Origin: an uncultured bacterium
Lineage (GTDB): Bacteria > Margulisbacteria > WOR-1 > JAKLHX01
Assembly (NCBI GenBank): GCA_937950635.1
Contig: CALFCX010000161.1
Coordinates: 1 to 50,202 of the forward strand
DNA length: 50,202 nt
Reading direction: 5' to 3'
Both the position numbers and the translations under genes were made by a program. This document shows, one piece after another, positions 1 through 8,810 of the stretch. The notes below the pieces were generated by a model. The model ran no database searches and was not told where the DNA came from. It saw nothing but the letters and a program-made list of their open reading frames with translations. Numbering within the stretch: position 1 is the stretch's first letter; the number at the start of each line of letters is the position of its first letter.

Positions 1-4
1 AAAA

Positions 5-853
5 ATGGTCTGGTGGGCCGTGCTGCTTGGCTTTTTCATCGGAGGGCTTATAGAATACTTTATCCCGGAAAGCTTCATATACGAACATCTCGGACAAAAG
101 AGAAAAAGGACTATAATAACGGCAACGTTCATAGGGTTCCTGATGTCGGCCTGCTCACACGGGATACTGGCCATTTCAATGCAACTGTACAAAAAAGGCG
201 CGAGTATTCCGGCGGTCATTGCGTTCCTTTTGGCATCTCCCTGGGCAAATCTTCCGGTTACGATACTGCTTTTCGGATTTTTCGGATGGAAGGCTTTTGT
301 GTTCATCGGTTCTGCCATGCTTATAGCAGTAATAACCGGATACATTTTCATCTGGCTTGAAAAAGCCGGATTGACAGAACCTTCAAAAGAGATCGATCTA
401 AAAGAAGGACAGGGATGGAAGCCTCTCAGATCCCTAAAGTTCACCGATGTGGCCTCAGGTGTATTGAAAGGATCTTTGGCCCTTGCGGATATGCTGCTGT
501 GGTGGCTGTTGGTCGGATTGATGATAGCCGCATTTATCGGGGCCTTTGTACCGGCGCATATTTTTTCTCACTATCTCGGGCCTACAATACCGGGGCTCCT
601 GCTGACATTGCTTTTTGCCACGGTCATTGAAGTGTGCAGTGAAGGAAGCGCTCCTGTTGCTTTTGAAGTGTTCAGAAAAACCGGAGCTATGGGAAATCCA
701 TTCGTGTTCCTGATGGCAGGGGTTGCCACGGATTATACGGAAATAGGCCTTATCTGGACAACTATAGGAAAAAAAACGGCAATATGGCTGCCTATAATCA
801 CTGTCCCGCAAATAATTTTGTTCGGCATCTTATTCAATATATTCCTGAAGTAA
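5..853 (+). CDS. Multi-pass permease (COG0701 / ArsP-DUF318-like); true N-terminus may lie left of the window
   Basis: 282-aa strongly hydrophobic ORF with about 8 TM segments. Cys-containing motifs MSACSHG and VIEVCSEGSAP resemble this permease family. The ATG is 4 nt from the window edge, so the start is unverified. Confidence 0.55.
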   Translation: MVWWAVLLGFFIGGLIEYFIPESFIYEHLGQKRKRTIITATFIGFLMSACSHGILAISMQLYKKGASIPAVIAFLLASPWANLPVTILLFGFFGWKAFVFIGSAMLIAVITGYIFIWLEKAGLTEPSKEIDLKEGQGWKPLRSLKFTDVASGVLKGSLALADMLLWWLLVGLMIAAFIGAFVPAHIFSHYLGPTIPGLLLTLLFATVIEVCSEGSAPVAFEVFRKTGAMGNPFVFLMAGVATDYTEIGLIWTTIGKKTAIWLPIITVPQIILFGILFNIFLK

Positions 854-880
854 TTCCGCGGCTGCCGATGTATTCCGTTC

Positions 881-889
881 TGTTATAAT
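881..889 (+). promoter_or_regulatory. Extended -10 promoter TGTTATAAT, 6 nt upstream of the SemiSWEET GTG start
   Basis: TGT+TATAAT read directly. The gap ctaatt has no Shine-Dalgarno. Same geometry as several other operon starts in this window. Confidence 0.4.
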
Positions 890-895
890 CTAATT

Positions 896-1153
896 GTGGA
901 CTATAAAGTATTAGGGCTTCTTGCTGCCGCGCTGACATCAACCGGTTTTGTCCCTCAGATATTCAAGGCGCTTAAGACAAAACACGTAAAAGACTTGTCT
1001 GTCACAATGCTTGGTCTGACAGCCGGGGGAACGGGTCTTTGGGCAACTTATGGATTTTTTCTGGGGGATCTTATCATTATCTACGCCAATATTTTTACCT
1101 GCTCAACGGTCTTATTATTGATAGCCATGAAGTTTTATTTTAAACAACCTTGA
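896..1153 (+). CDS. SemiSWEET / PQ-loop sugar transporter (3-TM half-transporter)
   Basis: 85-aa ORF with three hydrophobic helices and the PQ motif (GFVPQIFKALKTK) in TM1. Length is typical of bacterial SemiSWEETs. GTG start. Confidence 0.7.
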   Translation: MDYKVLGLLAAALTSTGFVPQIFKALKTKHVKDLSVTMLGLTAGGTGLWATYGFFLGDLIIIYANIFTCSTVLLLIAMKFYFKQP

Positions 1154-1156
1154 CGC

Positions 1157-1897
1157 TCAGAATTTCTTCGGAAGCCTTTGTCTGTACACCTCATAAAGCA
1201 TTAGCGCGGCAGCAACAGAAGCATTTAATGATGATATTTTCCCTCTCATGGGGATCCTGACCATATAGTCACATCTTGTCTTTACCAGCGGGGCTATTCC
1301 TTTATTCTCTCCGCCCACAACAATGGCTATCGGCATTTTCAAGTCCACATCGCTCAATTTGTTGCTGCCAAGGTGATCGATCCCCACGACCCACAAACCG
1401 TTCTCTTTAAGATCGTTTATCGTGGAAGAGAGGTTCGCAACGCGCGCGACCTTAACGTGCTCTATTGCGCCGGCCGAGGTTTTCCCTATTGTCGGGGTAA
1501 CGCTCACCGACCTGTTCTTCGGTATTATCACGCCGTGCACGCCGGCTGCGTCACAGGTGCGCACGATCGCCCCGAAATTCTGCGGGTCTTCAAGGCTGTC
1601 AAGTATCAGAATAAAAGGCGGCTCGCCTTTTGACTTCGCATCCGCCAGGAACTCGCGGTAATCGGTATAAGGCTTGCCTTCGGCTATGGCAACGACCCCC
1701 TGGGAAAATTTGGAATATTTTTGGAGCGTATAATTATCAGCCCAATGGTAAGGGACGCCTTTTTCTTTGGCCAGAGAAATTATTTTGTCGATGGATTTGT
1801 CGACACCCTTATACTTGCCTATGAATATCTTGCTTATGTTCCTGCCGGCTTTGAGGGCTTCTTTTACGGGGTTCTTACCGGATATTACATCTTGCAT
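1157..1897 (-). CDS. rlmB: 23S rRNA 2'-O-ribose (Gm2251) methyltransferase, RlmB / TrmH-SpoU family
   Basis: 246 aa. N-terminal L30e-like substrate domain (NPVKEALKAG). SpoU motifs LDSLEDPQNFGAIVRT, VVGGENKGI and IPMRGKISSLNASVAAA. Confidence 0.75.
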   Translation of the reverse strand: MQDVISGKNPVKEALKAGRNISKIFIGKYKGVDKSIDKIISLAKEKGVPYHWADNYTLQKYSKFSQGVVAIAEGKPYTDYREFLADAKSKGEPPFILILDSLEDPQNFGAIVRTCDAAGVHGVIIPKNRSVSVTPTIGKTSAGAIEHVKVARVANLSSTINDLKENGLWVVGIDHLGSNKLSDVDLKMPIAIVVGGENKGIAPLVKTRCDYMVRIPMRGKISSLNASVAAALMLYEVYRQRLPKKF

Positions 1898-3177
1898 AAC
1901 ACACTCTCGAATATGCCAAGGGCTTTGTCTATATCGGCTTTTTTCACGTTGAGCGGCGGGATAAAGCGGATAACCTGGTCATGGGACCCGCAACTTATGA
2001 GCAAAAGCCCTTCATTCAGGCATTCTTTGATGATCTTCGAAGTGACTTCCGGATTCGGCTGGCCGTCTTCTTTTATGAATTCGACACCTATCATAAGGCC
2101 CAGCCCGCGGACATCCCCGATTATGCTGTGCTTTGACTTAAGTGCTTTGAGTTTTTTTGTCATATAAGAGCCTAGCTTGTTAACCTTATTCAAAAAACCT
2201 TTTTTCTGCATCACATCTATAGAAGCAAGCGCTGCCGCACAGGAGACGGGATTCCCGCCGAACGTTCCGCCGTGAGCGCTGACGGTCCATTTTTCCATTA
2301 TCTCCCTCTTGGCTATTATTCCCCCAAGCGGAAGGCCGTTAGCGATACCTTTCGCCATGACCATGATATCCGGAACGACCCCGAAATGTTCGTGCGCGAA
2401 CATTTTTCCTGTGCGCCCGAAACCGCTCTGCACTTCATCAAATATCAGCAGGATATCGTTCTGCCGGCAAATATCTTTGAGCATCTTCAAATAGAACGGC
2501 GGAGGCGTGACGTATCCGCCCTCGCCGAGCACCGGTTCTATAAGAACAGCGGCTATTTTGTCTTTGCCCTGGGCAGATATTATGTTCTCAACCGCTTTGA
2601 GGCAGTGTTTTTGGCAGTTCTCCGGCTGGCATTTTTTTCCTGTTTCATCGACACAGCGGTAACAATACGGATAAGGCGCTTCAAAAACGTTGGCCATGAG
2701 GGGTTTATAGCCTTTTTTGTACTTTTCCTTTGAATTGGTGACGCTCATGGCAGCGAATGTACGGCCGTGGAAAGATCCCGTAAAAGAGATCACTCCCTGT
2801 TTTTTTGTAGTGTATTTCGCGAGTTTTATCGCGGCTTCCACCGCACCGGACCCGTCCTGACAGAAGAAGCACATATCAAGTCCCGGCTGGGTTATTTCGG
2901 CTAGCTTTTCGGCTAGCTCTATATATTTTTCGTAATAAGCGACCCCTATGCAGATATGTTCCAGATTTGAAAGCTGTTTTTTTACAGCGGAAATCACCTT
3001 GGGATTGCAGTGGCCGAGGGATGTAACAGCTATCCCGCAGGAAAAATCAAGATAATCCTTCCCGTCAATGCCGAAAAGATATGACCCCTTTCCGCCTTTG
3101 ATAACAAGGTCGTTATAATGGCCCAGAACAGGCGATACCACCTTTTTATACCGTGCGATTATTTCTTCTTTTTGCAT
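1885..3177 (-). CDS. Class III PLP aminotransferase (acetylornithine / 4-aminobutyrate aminotransferase type; substrate not assignable)
   Basis: 430 aa. Motifs DEVQSGFGRTGKMFA and MVMAKGIANGLPLG (PLP lysine). The stop overlaps the rlmB start by 13 nt. Confidence 0.8.
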   Translation of the reverse strand: MQKEEIIARYKKVVSPVLGHYNDLVIKGGKGSYLFGIDGKDYLDFSCGIAVTSLGHCNPKVISAVKKQLSNLEHICIGVAYYEKYIELAEKLAEITQPGLDMCFFCQDGSGAVEAAIKLAKYTTKKQGVISFTGSFHGRTFAAMSVTNSKEKYKKGYKPLMANVFEAPYPYCYRCVDETGKKCQPENCQKHCLKAVENIISAQGKDKIAAVLIEPVLGEGGYVTPPPFYLKMLKDICRQNDILLIFDEVQSGFGRTGKMFAHEHFGVVPDIMVMAKGIANGLPLGGIIAKREIMEKWTVSAHGGTFGGNPVSCAAALASIDVMQKKGFLNKVNKLGSYMTKKLKALKSKHSIIGDVRGLGLMIGVEFIKEDGQPNPEVTSKIIKECLNEGLLLISCGSHDQVIRFIPPLNVKKADIDKALGIFESVLCKM

Positions 3178-3243
3178 ATTTCTTCCTTTTTCTACCCCTT
3201 ACCAAGGGGGAGATGCCCCGAGCCCTTCGAGGGGCAGAGGTGG

Positions 3244-3480
3244 TTACGCCGCTACCACTTCTTTTACTTCCGGAACATCGGACTTGATCATCTGTTCGAC
3301 AACGTTCTTCAGCGTCATGGTAGCCATGGGACAGCCTCCGCAGGCACCTGTAAGCCGCACTCTGACAACCCCGTCCTTTTCTGAAACGAATTCAACATCG
3401 CCTCCGTCACCCTGGAGATGAGGGCGTATCTTTTCCAGAGATTCTACTACCTTGTCTTCGAGCGTTTTGTTTTCTGCCAT
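3244..3480 (-). CDS. NifU-like (Nfu C-terminal domain) Fe-S cluster carrier
   Basis: 78 aa with the CGGCPMATMTLK CxxC motif and the GGDVEFV motif typical of Nfu domains. Confidence 0.8.
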   Translation of the reverse strand: MAENKTLEDKVVESLEKIRPHLQGDGGDVEFVSEKDGVVRVRLTGACGGCPMATMTLKNVVEQMIKSDVPEVKEVVAA

Positions 3481-4292
3481 GATTTTCCTCCTCTAATCAC
3501 TTCGTTCATGCTGCCTGAACGGAAACCTTCCAGGTCCAGGGTTATATAAGAAATACCGGATCTTTTCAGATTTGCGGTGATTTTCTTAATTATATCACCT
3601 TTGAAAAGCCTCTTTGCCGAGCGCGGTTCCAGCTCTAGCCTGGCTATATCCTTATGGAGCCGGACCCTCAAATTCGTCTTTTCCCCGAAAAACCCCTTCA
3701 ATATTTTTTCGGCATTATCAATTACCCGAAGTTTTCCGGCTGTGATCTTTTCCCCGTAAGGTATCCTTGAGGCGAGACAGGCGCATGCCGGCTTATTCCA
3801 AGTAGGCAGGCCCATTTCCCTGCTGGACCGTCTTATATCCTTTTTCGTAAAGCCGGCCTTCTGGAGAGGACTGATCACCCCGAAAATTTTCTTTGCCTTT
3901 GATCCGGGCCTAAAATCTTTTAGATCATCAATATTAGACGCATCAGCAATATGTTTGATATCGTATTTGCGCGCTATTTTTTTGAGCTCTGAAAAAAGTG
4001 CTTTCTTGCAAAAGAAGCATCTTTGAGGCGGATTATTTATAAAATGCCGGTCATCGAACTCTTTTGTACGTATGATCTTATGCTTTAGCCCGAGAATTTT
4101 TGCTATTTTGACAGCATCTTTCAGTTCGGTGCCGGGATAGGTTTCTGATACCGCGGTAACAAGAAGGGCCTTTTTGCCAAGGACCTCTCCGGCGACCGCA
4201 GCAAGAAAGGCCGAGTCCACCCCACCGGAAAAAGCGATGAGCACTGAGCCCATTCTCTTAAGATAGTTCTTCAGCTTGTCAAGTTTACCCAT
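3447..4292 (-). CDS. larE: PP-loop ATP pyrophosphatase, LarE-like sulfur transferase (TIGR00268 type)
   Basis: 281 aa. PP-loop FSGGVDS near the N-terminus. Cys motifs RCFFCK and CACLASRIPYG. The 3' end overlaps the Nfu start by 34 nt. Confidence 0.65.
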   Translation of the reverse strand: MGKLDKLKNYLKRMGSVLIAFSGGVDSAFLAAVAGEVLGKKALLVTAVSETYPGTELKDAVKIAKILGLKHKIIRTKEFDDRHFINNPPQRCFFCKKALFSELKKIARKYDIKHIADASNIDDLKDFRPGSKAKKIFGVISPLQKAGFTKKDIRRSSREMGLPTWNKPACACLASRIPYGEKITAGKLRVIDNAEKILKGFFGEKTNLRVRLHKDIARLELEPRSAKRLFKGDIIKKITANLKRSGISYITLDLEGFRSGSMNEVIRGGKSWQKTKRSKTR

Positions 4293-4299
4293 CAGGGAA

Positions 4300-4308
4300 A
4301 TTATAGCA
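4300..4308 (-). promoter_or_regulatory. Extended -10 promoter TGCTATAAT, 7 nt upstream of the larE-like ATG
   Basis: Minus strand reads TGCTATAAT-ttccctg-ATG. There is no SD in the gap, so the predicted TSS coincides with the A of the ATG. Confidence 0.45.
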
Positions 4309-4338
4309 CCGCGGATTTTGACAGCGGCTCGTTTATGG

Positions 4339-4347
4339 TGGTACTAT
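4339..4347 (+). promoter_or_regulatory. Extended -10 promoter TGGTACTAT, 7 nt upstream of the crcB ATG
   Basis: Plus strand reads TGGTACTAT-tccattg-ATG with no SD. It lies back-to-back with the larE-like promoter in a 62-bp divergent spacer. Confidence 0.4.
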
Positions 4348-4354
4348 TCCATTG

Positions 4355-4744
4355 ATGACAAAACTTCTGGCTTTGTTCATGGGCGGCGGATTGGGCACGC
4401 TATGCCGCTATTTTGTCTCTTCGCAGTCCGGACGGCTGGCAGTGTCCGGGTTCCCCGTAGGAACAACGGTAGTTAATCTTTCAGGGTCTTTTGCGATCGG
4501 GTTCTTATGGGCTCTCGTTGAAATGTCCAACATTTCCCCAAACCTGCGCGCATTTGTTTTTATAGGTTTTCTTGGCGGATACACTACTTTTTCCACTTAT
4601 ATGCTGGAAAATCTGAGCCTTTTAAAGGGCAACGAAATAAAAGCCGTACTCAGCAATATCTTGTTCAGCAACACAGCCGGCCTGTTCCTTGTGGTAGCCG
4701 GTTTTTTTCTCGGAAGGTATTTTTTCAATTTTTTAAGGGGGTAA
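4355..4744 (+). CDS. crcB: Fluoride ion channel CrcB/FluC
   Basis: About 129 aa with 4 TM segments. N-terminal GGGLGTLCRY and GFLGGYTTFSTY motifs are characteristic of CrcB. The ORF track starts at TTG 4352; ATG 4355 is preferred. Confidence 0.85.
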   Translation: MTKLLALFMGGGLGTLCRYFVSSQSGRLAVSGFPVGTTVVNLSGSFAIGFLWALVEMSNISPNLRAFVFIGFLGGYTTFSTYMLENLSLLKGNEIKAVLSNILFSNTAGLFLVVAGFFLGRYFFNFLRG

Positions 4745-4750
4745 ATATCG

Positions 4751-5083
4751 ATGAAACTGCCGCAGGAATGTATTTTGCTGAGGATATTCTTCGGCGAGAG
4801 CGATACTTTCAAAGGCAAGCCGCTCTACGAGCAGATAGTGTTCAAAGCCAGGGAACTGGGACTTGCCGGGACCACGGTAACAAAGGGGATCATGGGGTTC
4901 GGGGCGGACAGCAAGATACACTCGGCCAAACTTCTGGACATATCGGAAGACCTGCCGATAATAGTCGAAATAGTTGATACCGAAGAGAATATTTCAAAAA
5001 TACTGCCTTTTCTGGACGAGACAATAAAAGAAGGCTTAGTCACTCAGGAAAAGGTAAAGGTCATCAAGTACACCCACAGCTAG
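4751..5083 (+). CDS. DUF190 (UPF0166, PII-like fold) protein commonly partnered with crcB
   Basis: 110 aa. LLRIFFGESD...GKPLYE...A...GLAGTTVTKGIMGFG matches my recollection of DUF190. It lies immediately downstream of crcB. Confidence 0.7.
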   Translation: MKLPQECILLRIFFGESDTFKGKPLYEQIVFKARELGLAGTTVTKGIMGFGADSKIHSAKLLDISEDLPIIVEIVDTEENISKILPFLDETIKEGLVTQEKVKVIKYTHS

Positions 5084-6222
5084 GAGAAAGCGATCTTTTT
5101 GATAGCGGCAACAGCAGACTCTGCATCTTTTTCCGTATTATAATATCCTGCCGATATTCTGACCGTCCCTTTAGGGAAAGTCCCGATGGTCTTGTGGCAA
5201 AAAGGTGCGCAGTGCAGTCCGGTCCTGGATATTATGCCGTGCTCTTTTTCCAGGATATCCCCGACTTTTTTGGGCTCCATGCCGTCGATATTAAAAGAAA
5301 TTACTGCAGCACGTTTTTTTGCGTCCAAAGGACCATAGATCTTCACTTTTTCAATGGTTTGTAACCCGCCCAGCAAAATACCGGTAAGTTCTTCCGCATG
5401 TTTTTGTATCTTCTGAACGCCTTCTTTAAGAATAAAATCGACCGATGCTTTGAGTCCCGCGACACCGGGCGTGTTCGGCGTTCCGGTCTCGAATTTATCC
5501 GGCATTATCTCGGGCTGCGTTTCCAATTCTGACTGCGAACCCGTTCCTCCATGCCTGAATGCTTCAATATCAACCCCGGGTTTTATATAAAGACCTCCCG
5601 TCCCCTGAGGCCCCATCAACCCCTTGTGACCGGCAAAGGCCAGAAGGTCTATATTCATTTTTTGGACATCAATATTATAGATGCCCGCGGTCTGCGCCGC
5701 ATCGACAAGGAACAAAACGCCGTTCTTTTTGGTTAAAGCCCCTATCTCTTCTATAGGCTGGACGGCCCCGATAACATTTGAAGCGTGAAGCATTGCCACG
5801 AGTTTTGTATTCTTCTTAAAGCGTTTGGGAAGCGCCTGCGGGTCTATAGCATAGGTCTTTGAGTCGACAGGAACAACCTCAACCTCGATCCCTTGTTTCT
5901 CAAGAAATCTTAGCGGACGCACGACCGAATTGTGCTCTATTGAAGTTATGAGAACATGGTCTCCCGGTTTTAAAACGCCTTTTATCGCGGTGTTTATAGC
6001 GTCGGAACAGTTCAGCGTAAAAACTATTTGCCTGGGGTCTTCTGCATTGAAAAGTCTTGCTACAGAAAAGCGGGCTCCGGTCAATATTGAATCGGCTTCG
6101 ACCGAAAGCTTGTCCGCCCCTCTGCCGGGACTGACATTGTTGTTAAGAATGAACTCTTTTACCGCCTCAAAAACTTCCGGAGGCTTGTCCTTTGTGGTCG
6201 CGGCGTTATTAAGATAGATCAT
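5080..6222 (-). CDS. Class V PLP aminotransferase, cysteine desulfurase family
   Basis: 380 aa. PLP-lysine motif FAGHKGLMGPQGTGGLY and the active-site Cys motif RTGLHCAP near the C-terminus. Confidence 0.75.
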   Translation of the reverse strand: MIYLNNAATTKDKPPEVFEAVKEFILNNNVSPGRGADKLSVEADSILTGARFSVARLFNAEDPRQIVFTLNCSDAINTAIKGVLKPGDHVLITSIEHNSVVRPLRFLEKQGIEVEVVPVDSKTYAIDPQALPKRFKKNTKLVAMLHASNVIGAVQPIEEIGALTKKNGVLFLVDAAQTAGIYNIDVQKMNIDLLAFAGHKGLMGPQGTGGLYIKPGVDIEAFRHGGTGSQSELETQPEIMPDKFETGTPNTPGVAGLKASVDFILKEGVQKIQKHAEELTGILLGGLQTIEKVKIYGPLDAKKRAAVISFNIDGMEPKKVGDILEKEHGIISRTGLHCAPFCHKTIGTFPKGTVRISAGYYNTEKDAESAVAAIKKIAFS

Positions 6223-6539
6223 TTAGCCAGGACTTCGTTCACTTTCTGGGACAAAGCTTTCTGGTCGAGGTACCCTGTTATCCTGTCGACCATCTTGCCT
6301 GCTTTAAAGAACATAAGAGTAGGAATTCCCATTATCTGGTATTGCGCGGCCACCTGAGGGCTGTCATCGGTGTTTAGTTTAACCACCTTGAGCTTGGCGC
6401 CGAATTCTTTTGAGACCGCATCCACCACCGGGGCAACCATCCTGCACGGACCGCACCACGGCGCCCAAAAATCCACCAGCACAGGCTGGGAAGACTTTAG
6501 AACCTCCGCATCAAAATTGGCAGCATTTACTTCTTGCAT
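6219..6539 (-). CDS. trxA: Thioredoxin
   Basis: 106 aa with the canonical FWAPWCGPCR active site. The stop overlaps the desulfurase start (ATGA-type). Confidence 0.9.
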   Translation of the reverse strand: MQEVNAANFDAEVLKSSQPVLVDFWAPWCGPCRMVAPVVDAVSKEFGAKLKVVKLNTDDSPQVAAQYQIMGIPTLMFFKAGKMVDRITGYLDQKALSQKVNEVLAK

Positions 6540-6554
6540 GATTTTCCTCCTTTT

Positions 6555-7055
6555 TTATTTCATCGAGCTTATCATTCCGCCCTTTGGGTCTATAGCGACA
6601 ACGGCAGGAAAATCCTTAACAACGATCTCTCTAACCGCCTCGGTCCCTAGTTCTGGATAGGCGACAACTTTCGAAGAAATTATTCTCTTTGAAAGGTACG
6701 CCCCGGCCCCGCCTACCGCCGCAAAATAAACCGCTCTGTTCTTAATTATAGCACTTACGACTTCGGGACTTCTTTTTCCCTTACCGATCATCGCAACAAG
6801 GCCTCTTTTAAGCAATGAGGGCGTGTATTTATCCATCCTTGACGATGTAGTCGGGCCGGCCGAACCTATAACCTTACCTTTTTTTGCAGGCGTTGGCCCT
6901 ACATAGTATATCGCCTGCCCCTTTAGATCTAAAGGGAGCCCTTTTTTGTGGGCAGCGTCCCGTGCGGTATATAATGTCCCGTTTATTAGGACTTCGTCGC
7001 CGGCCTTGAGCCCTGATAGATCTGACCTCGTTAACGGCAACTCCAGTTTTTTCAC
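6555..7055 (-). CDS. fumB: Class I (Fe-S) fumarate hydratase / tartrate dehydratase, beta subunit
   Basis: 166 aa. GTLYTARDAAHKK and VGPTPAK...GSAGPTTSSRMD motifs typical of the C-terminal (beta) domain of two-subunit class I fumarases. Confidence 0.8.
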   Translation of the reverse strand: MKKLELPLTRSDLSGLKAGDEVLINGTLYTARDAAHKKGLPLDLKGQAIYYVGPTPAKKGKVIGSAGPTTSSRMDKYTPSLLKRGLVAMIGKGKRSPEVVSAIIKNRAVYFAAVGGAGAYLSKRIISSKVVAYPELGTEAVREIVVKDFPAVVAIDPKGGMISSMK

Positions 7056-7056
7056 G

Positions 7057-7899
7057 CTATAACACCGCTACCGAATGCCTGTGGGCGTGGCATTCGATAT
7101 TGACTGAGACCGGCAAACTGGCTATGTGACAGGGAAGCGTTTCAATATTGACCGCCAGGCAGGTGGTCTTTCCTCCGAAGCCGGACGGACCTATGCTGAG
7201 TGAATTGATCTTCTTCAAGATTGCCTTTTCAAGTTTTGCGATGTTTTTATCCGGATTGTGCTTGCCTATAGGCCTGAGAAGCGAACGTTTCGCGATATAA
7301 GCGCATTTTTCAAAATTCCCGCCGATACCCACTCCTACCACTATGGGCGGGCAAGGATTAGGCCCGGCGTTTTTCACGGTATCGACAACAAAATCGATCA
7401 CTCCCTGCATGCCGTCGGAAGGCTTCAGCATTTTAAGCGCGCTCATGTTCTCAGAACCGCCGCCCTTGGCCATGACCGATATCTTTATCTTGCTCCCAGG
7501 TACTATATCGATATGGGTTATTGCCGGCGTGTTGTCTTTTGTGTTTTTCCTGTCCAGAGGATTGTTAACCACAGATGCGCGCAAATATGCGTTTTTAACG
7601 GCTTTTTTAACGCCGCTGTTCACGGCTTCTTTGATACTCGCGCCGTTTACCTGGACATCCTGCCCTATCTCAATAAATATCACAGCAAGTCCCGTATCCT
7701 GGCAGATAGGGATGCTTTCTTTTCTTGCAATAGCGGCATTTTCTAGCAAGATATGCAGAACGTTCTTTGCGGCCCGGGAATTTTCTTTTTTGTGCGCTTT
7801 TGACAGTGCTTTGACGACGTCGGAAGGCAGTGCCAGATTCACTCTCGCGTAGAGCTTTTCTACGGCCCGCTCTATCTCTTTTGCGTTTACTTTTCGCAT
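7057..7899 (-). CDS. fumA: Class I (Fe-S) fumarate hydratase / tartrate dehydratase, alpha subunit
   Basis: 280 aa. PICQDTG, KGGGSEN and a CP..VG.GIGG-type cluster-binding region. Adjacent to the beta subunit. Confidence 0.8.
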   Translation of the reverse strand: MRKVNAKEIERAVEKLYARVNLALPSDVVKALSKAHKKENSRAAKNVLHILLENAAIARKESIPICQDTGLAVIFIEIGQDVQVNGASIKEAVNSGVKKAVKNAYLRASVVNNPLDRKNTKDNTPAITHIDIVPGSKIKISVMAKGGGSENMSALKMLKPSDGMQGVIDFVVDTVKNAGPNPCPPIVVGVGIGGNFEKCAYIAKRSLLRPIGKHNPDKNIAKLEKAILKKINSLSIGPSGFGGKTTCLAVNIETLPCHIASLPVSVNIECHAHRHSVAVL

Positions 7900-8810
7900 A
7901 ACAAAAGGGTGTCTTTTACGACCCTGGCGGACCTGTGAAGTTCGTGTTTTTCTTCTTCGGTAAGTTTGAGCTCTATTATCTCTTCAGCCCCTCCCGCGCC
8001 TATCTTGGCGGGAACGCCGATATAAACGTCCAGAAGACCGTACTGGCCCTTGAGATATACCGAGCACGGAAGGACCTTTTTTCTGTCGTTAAGTATGCAG
8101 TCGACCATCTCAACGGCCGAAGCCGAAGGAGCGTAATAAGCGCTGCCTGTTTTTAGCAGTTTCACTATTTCCGCCCCGCCGTCGCGCGTGCGCTGAACTA
8201 TAGAAGCAAGCCTGTCTGCAGAAATGACCTCTTTGACGGGTTTGCCGTCGATGAATGTATAGTCCACCAGAGGCACCATTGCGTCCCCGTGCCCTCCCAG
8301 AACGACGGCTTCAATTTTTTTGGCAGGAACGTTTGTTTCTTCCGAAAGAAAGCACGTGAACCTTGCCGTATCCAGGATGCCAGCCATGCCGATCACCCGG
8401 CTGTTCTCAAAACCCGTCGTCTTCCAGCAAAGCTGGGTCATCACGTCGAGCGGATTAGTTACCATTACAACAAAGGATTTTGGCGCGTATTTTTTTATGT
8501 TCTTGGAGACCTCGCTTATTATCTGGCCGTTCTTGATGACCAGGTCTTCACGGGTCATTCCCGGCTTTCTGGCCAGTCCGGCAGTCACGACGACGACATC
8601 TGAATTTTCGATGCTGGAATAATCGTTAGTGCCTTCGATCTTTTTGGAGAATCCTTCAACGGGAGCTGACTGAAGCATGTCCAGAGCTTTTCCCTGGGGA
8701 ACCCCTTCAACAACATCGACAAGAACAACATCCGCCAGGTTTTTCTCGGCTATTCTGCGCGCGACTTCTGCGCCGACATTTCCCGCGCCTATTACGGATA
8801 CTTTAGACAT
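7887..8810 (-). CDS. mdh: Malate dehydrogenase (LDH-like, NAD-dependent)
   Basis: 307 aa. Rossmann motif [26 protein letters not shown] with Arg in the substrate-specificity position. GGHGD catalytic region. Confidence 0.85.
   Translation of the reverse strand: MSKVSVIGAGNVGAEVARRIAEKNLADVVLVDVVEGVPQGKALDMLQSAPVEGFSKKIEGTNDYSSIENSDVVVVTAGLARKPGMTREDLVIKNGQIISEVSKNIKKYAPKSFVVMVTNPLDVMTQLCWKTTGFENSRVIGMAGILDTARFTCFLSEETNVPAKKIEAVVLGGHGDAMVPLVDYTFIDGKPVKEVISADRLASIVQRTRDGGAEIVKLLKTGSAYYAPSASAVEMVDCILNDRKKVLPCSVYLKGQYGLLDVYIGVPAKIGAGGAEEIIELKLTEEEKHELHRSARVVKDTLLLCEK

Noticed and set aside
3185-3240. GC-rich hairpins (ccccttaccaagggg at about 3193-3207; gcccc...ggggc at about 3214-3236) between the Nfu gene and the aminotransferase gene, considered as an intrinsic terminator.
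   Set aside because: No U-tract follows either stem on the transcribed (minus) strand, and the aminotransferase SD follows immediately. More likely an intercistronic structure than a terminator, so it is not called.
4293-4354. Looked for a fluoride (crcB-motif) riboswitch upstream of crcB, including the small hairpin caccgc-ggattttgaca-gcgg...ggtg.
   Set aside because: The spacer is only 62 bp and is shared with a divergent promoter. I could not place the two conserved stems, the pseudoknot and the conserved 3' segment. Treated as absent pending a covariance-model search.
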